A stretch of 64,000 nt of DNA, from the NCBI GenBank assembly GCA_025360105.1, contig JANYCT010000095.1, positions 12,120 through 76,119 of the forward strand, read 5' to 3'. Shown piece after piece: positions 54,360-62,662 of this stretch (the first letter of the stretch is position 1; the number at the start of each line of letters is the position of its first letter). The notes under the pieces were generated by a model. The model worked only from the letters and a program-made list of their open reading frames with translations. It was not told the DNA's origin and ran no database searches. Position numbers and translations under genes: made by a program. The stretch is from Actinomycetes bacterium (GTDB lineage: Bacteria > Actinomycetota > Acidimicrobiia > Acidimicrobiales > Ilumatobacteraceae).

Positions 54360-54692
54360 ATGATGCGTGCTTACGAATTCATGATCATCCTCAATGGTGA
54401 TCTCGACGACACGGCTGCGCAGGCGTGGGTGAAGTCGGTCTCCGACAGCATCACCAAAGCTGGCGGCGCTGTACACGGCAAGCCCGATTGGTGGGGCCGG
54501 CGCCAGTTCGCCTACCCGATCAACAAAAAAGAGCATGGCTACTACGCCGTGTTCAATCTTTTGGCGCCCGGTGGGGCGCTTGACGATTTCGAGCGCCAGC
54601 TCCGTCTCGCGGACGAAGTCGTCCGCCACAAGCTCCTTCGCCTTCCCGATGCCGAGGCCGAGCGCCGCGGCATGGTTGGCGCCGCGGCCTGA
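54360..54692 (+). CDS. rpsF: 30S ribosomal protein S6
   Basis: 110 aa. MRAYEFMIILNGDLD...WGRRQFAYPINKKEHGYY. GGGAGG upstream. Confidence 0.93.
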   Translation: MMRAYEFMIILNGDLDDTAAQAWVKSVSDSITKAGGAVHGKPDWWGRRQFAYPINKKEHGYYAVFNLLAPGGALDDFERQLRLADEVVRHKLLRLPDAEAERRGMVGAAA

Positions 54693-54723
54693 TCCGGCCG
54701 CCGTACCCGTTAGGGGAAACACC

Positions 54724-55188
54724 ATGGCAGATTCCACCGTCACCATCACCGGCACCTTGACCCGCGACCCCGAATTGCGCTTCACCACAGGTGGCCGGGG
54801 CATCGCCAGCTTCGGCGTTGCTGTGAACCGTCGCTACCAGCAGAACAACGAATGGGTCGAGCAGACCTCGTTCTTCAACGTCACGGCATGGGGCACTCTC
54901 GGCGAGAACGCTTCGGCGTCGCTCACCAAGGGAACCCGCGTCATTGTCACCGGCCGGCTCGAACAGCGCTCGTACGAGACGCAACAGGGCGAAAAGCGCA
55001 GCGTCGTCGAGATCGTCGCCGACGAGATCGGGCCCAGCTTGCGTTGGGCCACCGCACAGGTCGAAAAGACCAGCCGCTCCGATGCCTCTGGCGCGCAGGG
55101 CGGCTATAGCGGCGGCAATGCCGGTGGCGGACAGTCAAGCGGAAATCGCGCCCCCGATCCTGTGTACGGCGATGAAGAACCCTTCTGA
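54724..55188 (+). CDS. ssb: Single-stranded DNA-binding protein
   Basis: ORF 54535-55188 trimmed to ATG 54724. MADSTVTITGTLTRDPELRFT OB fold, Gly-rich tail ending in DEEPF. Confidence 0.95.
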   Translation: MADSTVTITGTLTRDPELRFTTGGRGIASFGVAVNRRYQQNNEWVEQTSFFNVTAWGTLGENASASLTKGTRVIVTGRLEQRSYETQQGEKRSVVEIVADEIGPSLRWATAQVEKTSRSDASGAQGGYSGGNAGGGQSSGNRAPDPVYGDEEPF

Positions 55189-55213
55189 GTATTTCGAGAA
55201 AATTGGATAAGAG

Positions 55214-55624
55214 ATGACCAGCAAAAAGAACAAGGCGCGTGCGCCAAAAGAGACAAATCCCAAGAAGTTCAAGAAGAAGACCAGCGTTCTTGTCACCGAC
55301 AAGATCGAGTACGTCGACTACAAAGACGTCAATCTTCTGACCCGCTTCGTCAGCGATCGCTCCAAGATCCGCAACCGCCGCGTCACGGGTAACTCCGTGC
55401 AGCAGCAGCGCGACATCGCCAATGCGATCAAGAACTCGCGTGAGATGGCATTGCTGCCGTACACCAAGCGCGTGTCCAACACCCGCCCGGGTCGCCCGCC
55501 GCGCGATGGCGAGCGCGGTCCCCGCCGCGATGCCGCTCCGGCAGCCGACGAGGCCGTTGAAACGTTGGGCGTCGATACCGAGGTTGACGCCGACGATGCC
55601 GACATGATCGATGCGGAGGCCTGA
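55214..55624 (+). CDS. rpsR: 30S ribosomal protein S18 with a C-terminal extension of about 49 aa
   Basis: 136 aa. The S18 core ...[53 protein letters not shown] is followed by a Pro/Arg-rich and then acidic tail. Confidence 0.9.
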   Translation: MTSKKNKARAPKETNPKKFKKKTSVLVTDKIEYVDYKDVNLLTRFVSDRSKIRNRRVTGNSVQQQRDIANAIKNSREMALLPYTKRVSNTRPGRPPRDGERGPRRDAAPAADEAVETLGVDTEVDADDADMIDAEA

Positions 55625-55625
55625 G

Positions 55626-56072
55626 ATGAAGGTCATTCTTCGTGCCGATAGCAAGGGTCTTGGCAAGCGCGGCGACATCATCGACGTGTCCGACGGTCAT
55701 GCCCGCAACTACTTGCTGCCACAGGGCCTCGCGCTCGTGGCATCAGACGGGGCCATGGCTCAGGCTGGTTCCATGCGCCGTGCCCGCGACCTGCGCGATG
55801 CCGCCGATCGCGACAGTGCCCAGACCATCGCCAAGGCGCTTGTCGCCCAGGTCATCACCATTACCGCAAAGGCGGGTGCCGAGGGCAGGTTGTTCGGCTC
55901 GGTCACTGCTTCCGATGTTGCATCGGCCGTTCAGGCCCAGGCCCACATCGAACTTGACCGCAAGAAGCTGCACATGCCCGAGTCGATCAAGATACTTGGC
56001 GAGTACAGCGTGACGGCCAAGCTGCATCACGACGTGGAGTTCCCCTTCACGATTGCAGTCGTCAAGGCCTGA
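55626..56072 (+). CDS. rplI: 50S ribosomal protein L9
   Basis: ORF 55611-56072 trimmed to ATG 55626. MKVILRADSKGLGKRGDIIDVSDGHARNYLLPQGLA. Confidence 0.93.
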   Translation: MKVILRADSKGLGKRGDIIDVSDGHARNYLLPQGLALVASDGAMAQAGSMRRARDLRDAADRDSAQTIAKALVAQVITITAKAGAEGRLFGSVTASDVASAVQAQAHIELDRKKLHMPESIKILGEYSVTAKLHHDVEFPFTIAVVKA

Positions 56073-56142
56073 GTTCACCGAACTGGTCCCGACCCACCGT
56101 TGGTCGGGAGTCGGCGCCCGATCAACCACTGATTGACAACCA

Positions 56143-56174
56143 ACACGGCCCCGCTGTCCGCAGCGGGGCCGTGT
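56143..56174 (+). terminator. Intrinsic-terminator-like hairpin after rplI
   Basis: ACACGGCCCCGCTG-TCCG-CAGCGGGGCCGTGT: a 14-bp GC-rich stem with a 4-nt loop, 71 nt after the rplI stop. The U-tract is weak. Confidence 0.6.
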
Positions 56175-56178
56175 TGTC

Positions 56179-56222
56179 CACAACAACACCACAGGCAAGT
56201 CACAACAACATCACAGGCTTGT
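56179..56222. repeat. Tandem 22-bp direct repeat upstream of dnaB
   Basis: CACAACAACACCACAGGCAAGT (56179-56200) and CACAACAACATCACAGGCTTGT (56201-56222) match at 19 of 22 positions. The first unit overlaps a TTGTCCACA DnaA box at 56174-56182. Confidence 0.8.
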
Positions 56223-56263
56223 GCCCCTAGCGATACACAGGCCAACTGCGAGAGGGTGGAGGA

Positions 56264-57640
56264 ATGTCCCTGGCTGATAACTCCCGCGATCGCGTCCGAC
56301 CAGTGCGATCGGTACGTGGCGAAGGTCGGGTACCACCGCACAACCTCAACGCAGAGGAATCATTGCTCGGTGCGCTGTTACTGTCACGCGACGCTGTCGG
56401 CACTGTGACCGAGATGGGCCTGTCGGTCAACGACTTCTACAAGCCCGCTCACCAATACGTGTACGACGCTATCCGCGGTCTCAACGCCACTGGTCAACCG
56501 ATCGACGCGGTCACGGTGGCCGACGAACTCCGACGCGCCGGACTGCTCGATGAAATCGGTGGTGCCGAGCTACTGCTCGAGTTGCAGAACGCTACGCCGG
56601 CCATCTCCAACGCGTCGCGTTACGCCAAGATCGTGCAGGACACGGCGGTGCTTCGCCGTCTCATCGGGGTGGCCGCTGAGATCGCCGAAATTGCCTACAA
56701 CGAACCCGACGACGTGTCGCGCGCGCTCGACGAAGCCGAGACAAAAGTGTTTGAGATCGCCGAGGATCGCGTCACCGATTCGGTGCAACCGCTCGGCGAA
56801 CTCATGCCGCTCGCCATGGACAAGTTGCAGGAAACCTACGAACGCGGCAACACCATCACGGGTCTCGCCACCGGCTATCACGATCTCGACGAACTGCTGT
56901 CGGGGCTGCAACCGAGCACGTTGAACATCGTTGGTGCGCGGCCTGCAATGGGCAAGACGGCGTTCGGGTTGGGGCTGGCGGTACATGCGGCGCAGACCGC
57001 CAAGGTGCCGGTACTCGTGTTCTCACTCGAAATGGGCCACGCCGAGCTCACCCAGAGAATCCTCAGCAGCGAAGCTCGCGTCGATTCGCAGAAGCTACGT
57101 AACGGCAAGCTCACCGAATCGGATTGGACCAAACTCGGTCGCGCCGTCGGTCGGCTCGAGGTGCCGTTGTATCTCGACGACAACCCGCGCGTCACCGTGA
57201 TGGAGATCCGTGCAAAGGCACGTCGGTTGAAGTCGCGAGAGGGCCTCGGCCTGATCGTGATCGACTATCTCCAACTGATGTCGGGCAACGGTTCCGAGAA
57301 CCGCCAACTCGAGGTCAGCGAGATCAGCCGTGGCCTCAAGATTCTCGCCCGCGAGCTGCAGATTCCCATCGTCGCGCTCAGCCAGCTCAGCCGAAACCTC
57401 GAGAGTCGCAGCGATAAGCGACCCATGCTTGCCGACTTACGCGAAAGCGGCAGCCTTGAACAGGACGCCGACGTGGTGATGTTCTTGTACCGCGACGAGG
57501 TCTACAACAACGAGTCCCCCGACAAGGGTTCAGCCGAGGTGATCATTGCCAAGCATCGCTCCGGCCCCATCGGTGTGCGACGCCTTGCGTTCCTCGGTGC
57601 CTACACCCGCTTTGACAATGCGGCTCGCAGCGGCGTGTAG
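56264..57640 (+). CDS. dnaB: Replicative DNA helicase DnaB
   Basis: 458 aa. PPHNLNAEESLLGALLLS N-terminus, Walker A GARPAMGKTAF, Walker B LIVIDYLQLM. No intein-sized insertion. Confidence 0.95.
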   Translation: MSLADNSRDRVRPVRSVRGEGRVPPHNLNAEESLLGALLLSRDAVGTVTEMGLSVNDFYKPAHQYVYDAIRGLNATGQPIDAVTVADELRRAGLLDEIGGAELLLELQNATPAISNASRYAKIVQDTAVLRRLIGVAAEIAEIAYNEPDDVSRALDEAETKVFEIAEDRVTDSVQPLGELMPLAMDKLQETYERGNTITGLATGYHDLDELLSGLQPSTLNIVGARPAMGKTAFGLGLAVHAAQTAKVPVLVFSLEMGHAELTQRILSSEARVDSQKLRNGKLTESDWTKLGRAVGRLEVPLYLDDNPRVTVMEIRAKARRLKSREGLGLIVIDYLQLMSGNGSENRQLEVSEISRGLKILARELQIPIVALSQLSRNLESRSDKRPMLADLRESGSLEQDADVVMFLYRDEVYNNESPDKGSAEVIIAKHRSGPIGVRRLAFLGAYTRFDNAARSGV

Positions 57641-57648
57641 GACGCGCC

Positions 57649-57666
57649 GCTGCGGTCTACCGCAGC
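57649..57666 (+). terminator. Short hairpin after dnaB (weak terminator candidate)
   Basis: GCTGCGG-TCTA-CCGCAGC, 9 nt after the dnaB stop. Confidence 0.3.
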
Positions 57667-57721
57667 ACGATCTTCAAGATGCGCACTGCCACTCGTACGT
57701 GATCGGTGATACAAAGGTTGC

Positions 57722-58462
57722 GTGGTACGTCGTATGCGCACCTTTGTGGTGCCCAAGCGTTTGACCGATCGAATTGCCTCGATCGATCCGGAAGCCGTCG
57801 CGACGCTCATGCTGAAGGGCGTCGAGAAAGCAACGAGCGAGCGCTGGGATGCCGCGGTCGAGCGCGCCGCTGCCCTTCCCGGCGACGTACGTCCGGAGAA
57901 GATCCATGCGCTCACGAATGCATTTGCACGCGAACTCGGCATTGTCGGCGCGGCCGCTGGCATGACAGCGGCGACACCGCTCGTCGGCGCCGGTGCAACG
58001 CTGATGGCCGCAACGGTAGAACTCTCGTGGTTCACGGCGCGTGCCGGCGACCTGGTGTTGACCATCGCCGCGTTGCACGGCCGTCCCACCCCCACGGTGG
58101 AGGAACGACGGGCATGGGTGCTCGCCGTGCTCGTGTTCGGCAGCACGGCGCGCCAGGGCCTCACCGGTGTTGCCAACTCGATGGGCGCCGGGCTCAGCGA
58201 GACTGCACCGAATCGAATGTCGCTCGCAACGCTGCGTGCCACGAACGGCGCGATGAGTCGCTTGGTCCTGCGTGGCTACGGCACCAGGCGCGGCGCGATC
58301 GCTCTGGGGACGGCGCTGCCACTTGGCATTGGTGCGGTGGTGGGCGCCAGCGCGAATGTAGTGGCTATCCGCCGCCTGGCTGCGCAAGCCGACGGATTCT
58401 TCGCCCGCCTGCCGTATTCGTCGATCGACGCAACATCAACCGCTTTGGCCGGCGATCTCTGA
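57722..58462 (+). CDS. Hypothetical protein (possibly EcsC-like)
   Basis: 246-aa ORF with coding-like composition. Gly/Ala-rich amphipathic segments plus ...DLVLTIAALHGRPTPTVEERRAWVLAVL... are reminiscent of EcsC. The function call is weak. Confidence 0.55.
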   Translation: MVRRMRTFVVPKRLTDRIASIDPEAVATLMLKGVEKATSERWDAAVERAAALPGDVRPEKIHALTNAFARELGIVGAAAGMTAATPLVGAGATLMAATVELSWFTARAGDLVLTIAALHGRPTPTVEERRAWVLAVLVFGSTARQGLTGVANSMGAGLSETAPNRMSLATLRATNGAMSRLVLRGYGTRRGAIALGTALPLGIGAVVGASANVVAIRRLAAQADGFFARLPYSSIDATSTALAGDL

Positions 58463-58482
58463 CTGTTGCGCCGGCGCGGACC

Positions 58483-59049
58483 TCAGGCGTTCGTGTGCAG
58501 CGGGATGGGCTGGTGCACGGTTGCGTTCGCATGCCCGTTGAACTCGGGTTTGCCCTGGAGCAGCATCGCGTTGGAATGGGCGATCTCGTCGTCGGTGAAG
58601 GGCCGCGTGGTGTGGCAGAACTCGACCATATTGCCGCTGGGATCGCGGATGTAGATGCTGATGCAGAACTCGTGGTTCACCTCGAGCACATGGTGGCCAT
58701 GCGTGCGCCAACGGTCGCGGTGGCGGTGCAGATCGTCGATCGTGGGCGCATCGAACGCGATGTGATTCACCCACCATGGCAGGCCTGCGGTGGTGTTGAT
58801 ATCGACCGGGAAGTCGTCGCCGATCTCGGTGTCGTGAATCTCCCAGAACGCAATCATCCCACCGTCGCCGCTGGCCCCCTGACCGCCAGCACCATTGGTG
58901 GAGTAGAAGAAGTGCTTACTCCAACCACCGTGCTCGCCGGGCGTGGGTGAGGCCACGACCTTGACGAGGCTGAACCCCATCACGTTCGTGTAGAACTCAT
59001 GCGTCGCAGCGGTGTCACGAGTGGCGAGTGCGACGTGGTGAAAACCCAT
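58483..59049 (-). CDS. VOC (glyoxalase/bleomycin-resistance/dioxygenase) family protein
   Basis: ORF 58483-59289 trimmed to ATG 59049. MGFHHVALATRDTAATHEFYTNVMGF...VNHIAFDA...IYIRDPSGNMVEF. Confidence 0.8.
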   Translation of the reverse strand: MGFHHVALATRDTAATHEFYTNVMGFSLVKVVASPTPGEHGGWSKHFFYSTNGAGGQGASGDGGMIAFWEIHDTEIGDDFPVDINTTAGLPWWVNHIAFDAPTIDDLHRHRDRWRTHGHHVLEVNHEFCISIYIRDPSGNMVEFCHTTRPFTDDEIAHSNAMLLQGKPEFNGHANATVHQPIPLHTNA

Positions 59050-59137
59050 GGGAACTCCTTTGGCCCGAGTGTTGCCAGTGTGGCACTTTTCGCGCCCGAA
59101 ATGTCGATCGAAGTAACCCTTTCCATGCGGAACCGCC

Positions 59138-59356
59138 ATGATGGTATTCATGCTCTTGGGAGACGATCTGTTGGCCTGGTTGGTGCTCGCTCTCGGCGGC
59201 GCGTTGTTCGTAGGCAACCTGCTCGCGCTGCTCAAGCCACCGCCACGACCCAAGTCCGGCGAATTGTCGCGTGCACCCACGGGTCGCACGCTGCTGATGG
59301 CACTGATCGGCGGCGTCGCCGCGCTGTGGGCGATTGGCTCGTTGGTGTCAAAGTAA
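59138..59356 (+). CDS. Small hypothetical membrane protein (2 TM helices)
   Basis: 72-aa ORF. LLAWLVLALGGALFVGNLLALL and LLMALIGGVAALWAIGSLV, with high third-position GC. Lies 42 nt upstream of the GGDEF-EAL gene. Confidence 0.4.
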   Translation: MMVFMLLGDDLLAWLVLALGGALFVGNLLALLKPPPRPKSGELSRAPTGRTLLMALIGGVAALWAIGSLVSK

Positions 59357-59397
59357 CGCCAAGCAGCACCATGACGAATCGCTAGACCTTTCTCTGA

Positions 59398-62049
59398 GTG
59401 GGTACTACGCTACCCAAAGTGATGACACGGTGGGCTCAAGAGGCGCGACAGCATGCACGGTCGCGCTGGTCGGCGTGGACGGCGCCCACCCAGCGACGAG
59501 TTGGGCGGCGAGGCGACGACTTCTGGAAGCTCGTCGTGGTGGTTCGGCTGTTCTTCGCGGTGATCATCAGCATCACCGTGCTGTTCCTCGACATCGCGCG
59601 CTTTCACACCGGCTTGGTCGTCACCTGCGTCGTACTGGTGGGGATGAATGCAGCGCTCGCCCGCATGGCGGTTGATCGTGGCGGGCTCGGCGTGTTGTCG
59701 GCGTGGCCCGAGGCGATCGCAATCGGCGTATGGGCGGCCTTGTTGCCCGATCAGATGTGGGCTGCGGTCACCATCTTCGCTGGCTACTTCGCGTACGTCG
59801 CTATCGCGTTCGGTCGTCGTGTCGTGGCACTGATGAGCGGGGTGTGTCTGGTGCCGATTGTGATCGGCGTGGTCGTGGGTCACCCGGCCCAACAGGGTGC
59901 CATCTTGTCGCTTTACGTCGTGATGAGCCTGAGTGCAATCCTGCTCATCGGACACGCCGCCGACGAGGCGACCGAGGTTCGCGGTGACTTCGAGGCGATG
60001 CTCGACGCTCTCGACGTGGTGCTGTGGGACGTGTCGATCGACAAGGACGAGCCCTACACGCTGGTTGGACCCATCGAACGACTGACAGGTCTGCCCCTCG
60101 AGTTCCACCGCCGACAGGGGTCGTGGTACGAACTGGTACATCCCGATGACGTTGCGCGCGTCGACGGTGCTCAAGAATCTCTCGAGCGCGGCGAGGATCA
60201 CGTGCTGCGCTATCGGCTCCGCCTGGCCGACGGTAATTTCGTGTGGTGGCAGGACGATGTGCACATCACCCGCGGTGCCGACGGAAGAGTCATTGGCTCA
60301 CGTGGCTTCTCGCGAGTCGTCGAAGACGAGATGCGTAACCTGCTGACGGTCGCACAGTTCACGGATTTCGTGGAGGCCGTGCCGTTTGGTGTGCTGATTG
60401 CAGAGCTGATCGACCCAGCCGACCACCGTTCGCTGGAGATCCGATCCGTGAATCCCTCGCTGTGTGTTCTCTCACACCGCGAGGCGTCTGAGCTGGTCGG
60501 TCAACCCCTGGCGGCCGCCTATCCCGAGGCATTCATCGACAGCCCCGAAGGCGACTCGCTGTTGCGCAGCATTGCCAGTGCCGCGCGTTCTGGCGTCGAC
60601 TTCGACGTGCAATTCGATGTGCCGGCGCCGATCGGGACTGTGCCGATCGGGACTGTGCAGGAATCGCGCACGATCGCACTTCGTGTCGTTGGACTGCAGG
60701 GGGCAGGCGTGGCACTGGTCTTTGACGAGATCACCGCCCGAGTCCGCGCCGAGGTCGCATTGGCCCAGCGAGCAACGACCGACGCACTCACCGGCTTGGC
60801 CAACCGCAGTTTGCTCCTCGATCGATTAGAGGCGATCGGCCATGAGCCCTCAATCCAGCATGTGACCTTGCTCGTCGTCGACCTCGATCGCTTCAAGGAC
60901 GTGAACGATACTTTCGGGCACGAACGAGGCGATGTGTTCCTGCAGAAGGTGGCCGATCGGTTCCGCACTGCATTGCCAGCGGAGTCGTTGCTGGCACGAC
61001 TCGGTGGGGACGAGTTTGCAATACTGCTCGCACCGGGATCCACCATCGCCGACGGCATCGCTGCCGCGCACGCGATCGAGGCATCACTCGTCGAACCCAT
61101 TGCCGTCGCTCCCTGGCTCACATTGCAGGCCTCGGCAAGCGTGGGCATTGCATCGATGCCTGATCACGCTGACACCGTGGACGCCCTCTTGGTGCGTGCC
61201 GACGTCGCGATGTACAGCGCCAAACGCAGCGGCCTGCGATATGCCCTGTACGAACCCCAGAATGATCGCTCGTCGGTTCGGCGGATGGTGCTACTTGGCG
61301 ATCTCCGTCGGGCGATTTCCAGCGGCGAACTGGTGCTTCACTACCAGCCCGTGGTTGATCGCGACGGCGTGATCGTTGGCGCCGAGGGGCTGGTTCGTTG
61401 GCAGCATCCCGAACTCGGTCTGGTGTTCCCCGACGAATTCATCGAACTCGTCGAGGTCGGCAGCCTCAGTCACCCGCTGGTGCTCACCGTCGTCCGTCAA
61501 GCATTGCAGCAGGCACGCACCCTGCATGCGATGGGCTTCACGATGGGTGTCAGCGTGAACCTCACCCCGCGCGACCTCTGCGACGCCGAGCTGATCCGGA
61601 CCGTTGCGCAGCTTGTCGAGGAGGCACGACTTCCGCACCACAGCATCACCGTCGAACTCACCGAACGTCAGCTGCTTGCAGATACCGCGGCGGTCACCGC
61701 GTCGGTCCTGGCGCTGCACACGGCCGGCGTTCGTATCGCCATCGACGATTTCGGCACGGGCTCGACATCGCTGTATCTCCTGCGCCGACTTGAGGTCGAC
61801 GAGCTCAAGATCGATCGGGTGTTCATCGACGATCTGCGGAATGGTCACGACTCGGTGGTGCGCTCGATCATCGAGCTTGCTCACGATCTCGGTATGTCCG
61901 TCACGGCCGAAGGGGTCGAGGAGATGAGCGTGTGCGACCAACTGCGCGAACTCGGTTGCGATCGGATGCAGGGTTTTGCGATCGCCCGGCCGATGCCTCC
62001 CGAACGGCTCACTGAGTTACTGATGGCAGCGGAGCGTACGCTGGCGTAA
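59398..62049 (+). CDS. Multi-TM PAS-GGDEF-EAL c-di-GMP signalling protein
   Basis: 883 aa. 5-6 TM helices, PAS-like regions, RLGGDEF (no RxxD I-site), EAL domain (EGLVRW, DDFGTGSTS, EGVEE, QGFAIARP). Start is GTG 59398 or ATG 59422. Confidence 0.9.
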   Translation: MGTTLPKVMTRWAQEARQHARSRWSAWTAPTQRRVGRRGDDFWKLVVVVRLFFAVIISITVLFLDIARFHTGLVVTCVVLVGMNAALARMAVDRGGLGVLSAWPEAIAIGVWAALLPDQMWAAVTIFAGYFAYVAIAFGRRVVALMSGVCLVPIVIGVVVGHPAQQGAILSLYVVMSLSAILLIGHAADEATEVRGDFEAMLDALDVVLWDVSIDKDEPYTLVGPIERLTGLPLEFHRRQGSWYELVHPDDVARVDGAQESLERGEDHVLRYRLRLADGNFVWWQDDVHITRGADGRVIGSRGFSRVVEDEMRNLLTVAQFTDFVEAVPFGVLIAELIDPADHRSLEIRSVNPSLCVLSHREASELVGQPLAAAYPEAFIDSPEGDSLLRSIASAARSGVDFDVQFDVPAPIGTVPIGTVQESRTIALRVVGLQGAGVALVFDEITARVRAEVALAQRATTDALTGLANRSLLLDRLEAIGHEPSIQHVTLLVVDLDRFKDVNDTFGHERGDVFLQKVADRFRTALPAESLLARLGGDEFAILLAPGSTIADGIAAAHAIEASLVEPIAVAPWLTLQASASVGIASMPDHADTVDALLVRADVAMYSAKRSGLRYALYEPQNDRSSVRRMVLLGDLRRAISSGELVLHYQPVVDRDGVIVGAEGLVRWQHPELGLVFPDEFIELVEVGSLSHPLVLTVVRQALQQARTLHAMGFTMGVSVNLTPRDLCDAELIRTVAQLVEEARLPHHSITVELTERQLLADTAAVTASVLALHTAGVRIAIDDFGTGSTSLYLLRRLEVDELKIDRVFIDDLRNGHDSVVRSIIELAHDLGMSVTAEGVEEMSVCDQLRELGCDRMQGFAIARPMPPERLTELLMAAERTLA
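60628..60657 (+). repeat. Perfect 15-bp tandem duplication (CCGATCGGGACTGTG x2) encoding PIGTV-PIGTV
   Basis: Read directly inside the GGDEF-EAL gene. Confidence 0.9.
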
Positions 62050-62630
62050 TGCCACCGATTCCGTTGCGGTTCATCAAGTCTGCGACGCGTGTCGACGATC
62101 TTCCTGAGTCCGAACGCGAGGTTGCGGTGGTGGGCCGGTCGAATGTGGGCAAGTCGTCGCTCATCAACGCGTTTGCAAACCGCACCCGATTGGCCCACAC
62201 GAGCAAGACCCCCGGGCGCACACAGCTGATCAACATCTTCGAAGTCGAGCCCGGCGTCACCGTGGTCGATCTGCCCGGCTACGGCTACGCAAAGGTGCCG
62301 AGTCGCGTCAAGCAGGACTGGGGCAAGATGATCGAGGGCTATCTGCTCGATCGAGATTGTCTGCAGATGGTGATGGTGCTCGTCGATGGTGAGATCGGTC
62401 CGACCAAGCTCGATGTGCAGATGCTCGAGTGGCTGCGCAGCAACGAGATCCCGCATCAGGTGATCGCCACCAAGAGCGACAAGGTGAAGTCCGCGAAGAA
62501 GCCCAAGCGGCGCACCGATCTGGCCGAGGGTTGCATGCTCGAGCCTGGCGACATCGTGTGGGTCAGCGCGTCGAAGGGCGTTGGCATCGACCGACTCCAG
62601 GACCTGATCTGGTCGTGGCTTGCGCCCTGA
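62049..62630 (+). CDS. engB: Ribosome biogenesis GTP-binding protein YihA/EngB
   Basis: 193 aa. G1 GRSNVGKSSLIN, G3 DLPGYG, G4 TKSDK. The ATG overlaps the upstream TAA (TAATG). Confidence 0.9.
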   Translation: MPPIPLRFIKSATRVDDLPESEREVAVVGRSNVGKSSLINAFANRTRLAHTSKTPGRTQLINIFEVEPGVTVVDLPGYGYAKVPSRVKQDWGKMIEGYLLDRDCLQMVMVLVDGEIGPTKLDVQMLEWLRSNEIPHQVIATKSDKVKSAKKPKRRTDLAEGCMLEPGDIVWVSASKGVGIDRLQDLIWSWLAP

Positions 62631-62662
62631 ACCCGGGCGAGCGTCGCTCGGTCGCGATTCGT

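Noticed and set aside
57722-58462. Expectation of a DarT/DarG toxin-antitoxin pair downstream of dnaB, as at M. tuberculosis Rv0059/Rv0060.
   Set aside because: The 246-aa product is Gly/Ala-rich with EcsC-like features. It shows neither a macrodomain nor anything I recognise as DarT, and no second partner gene follows.
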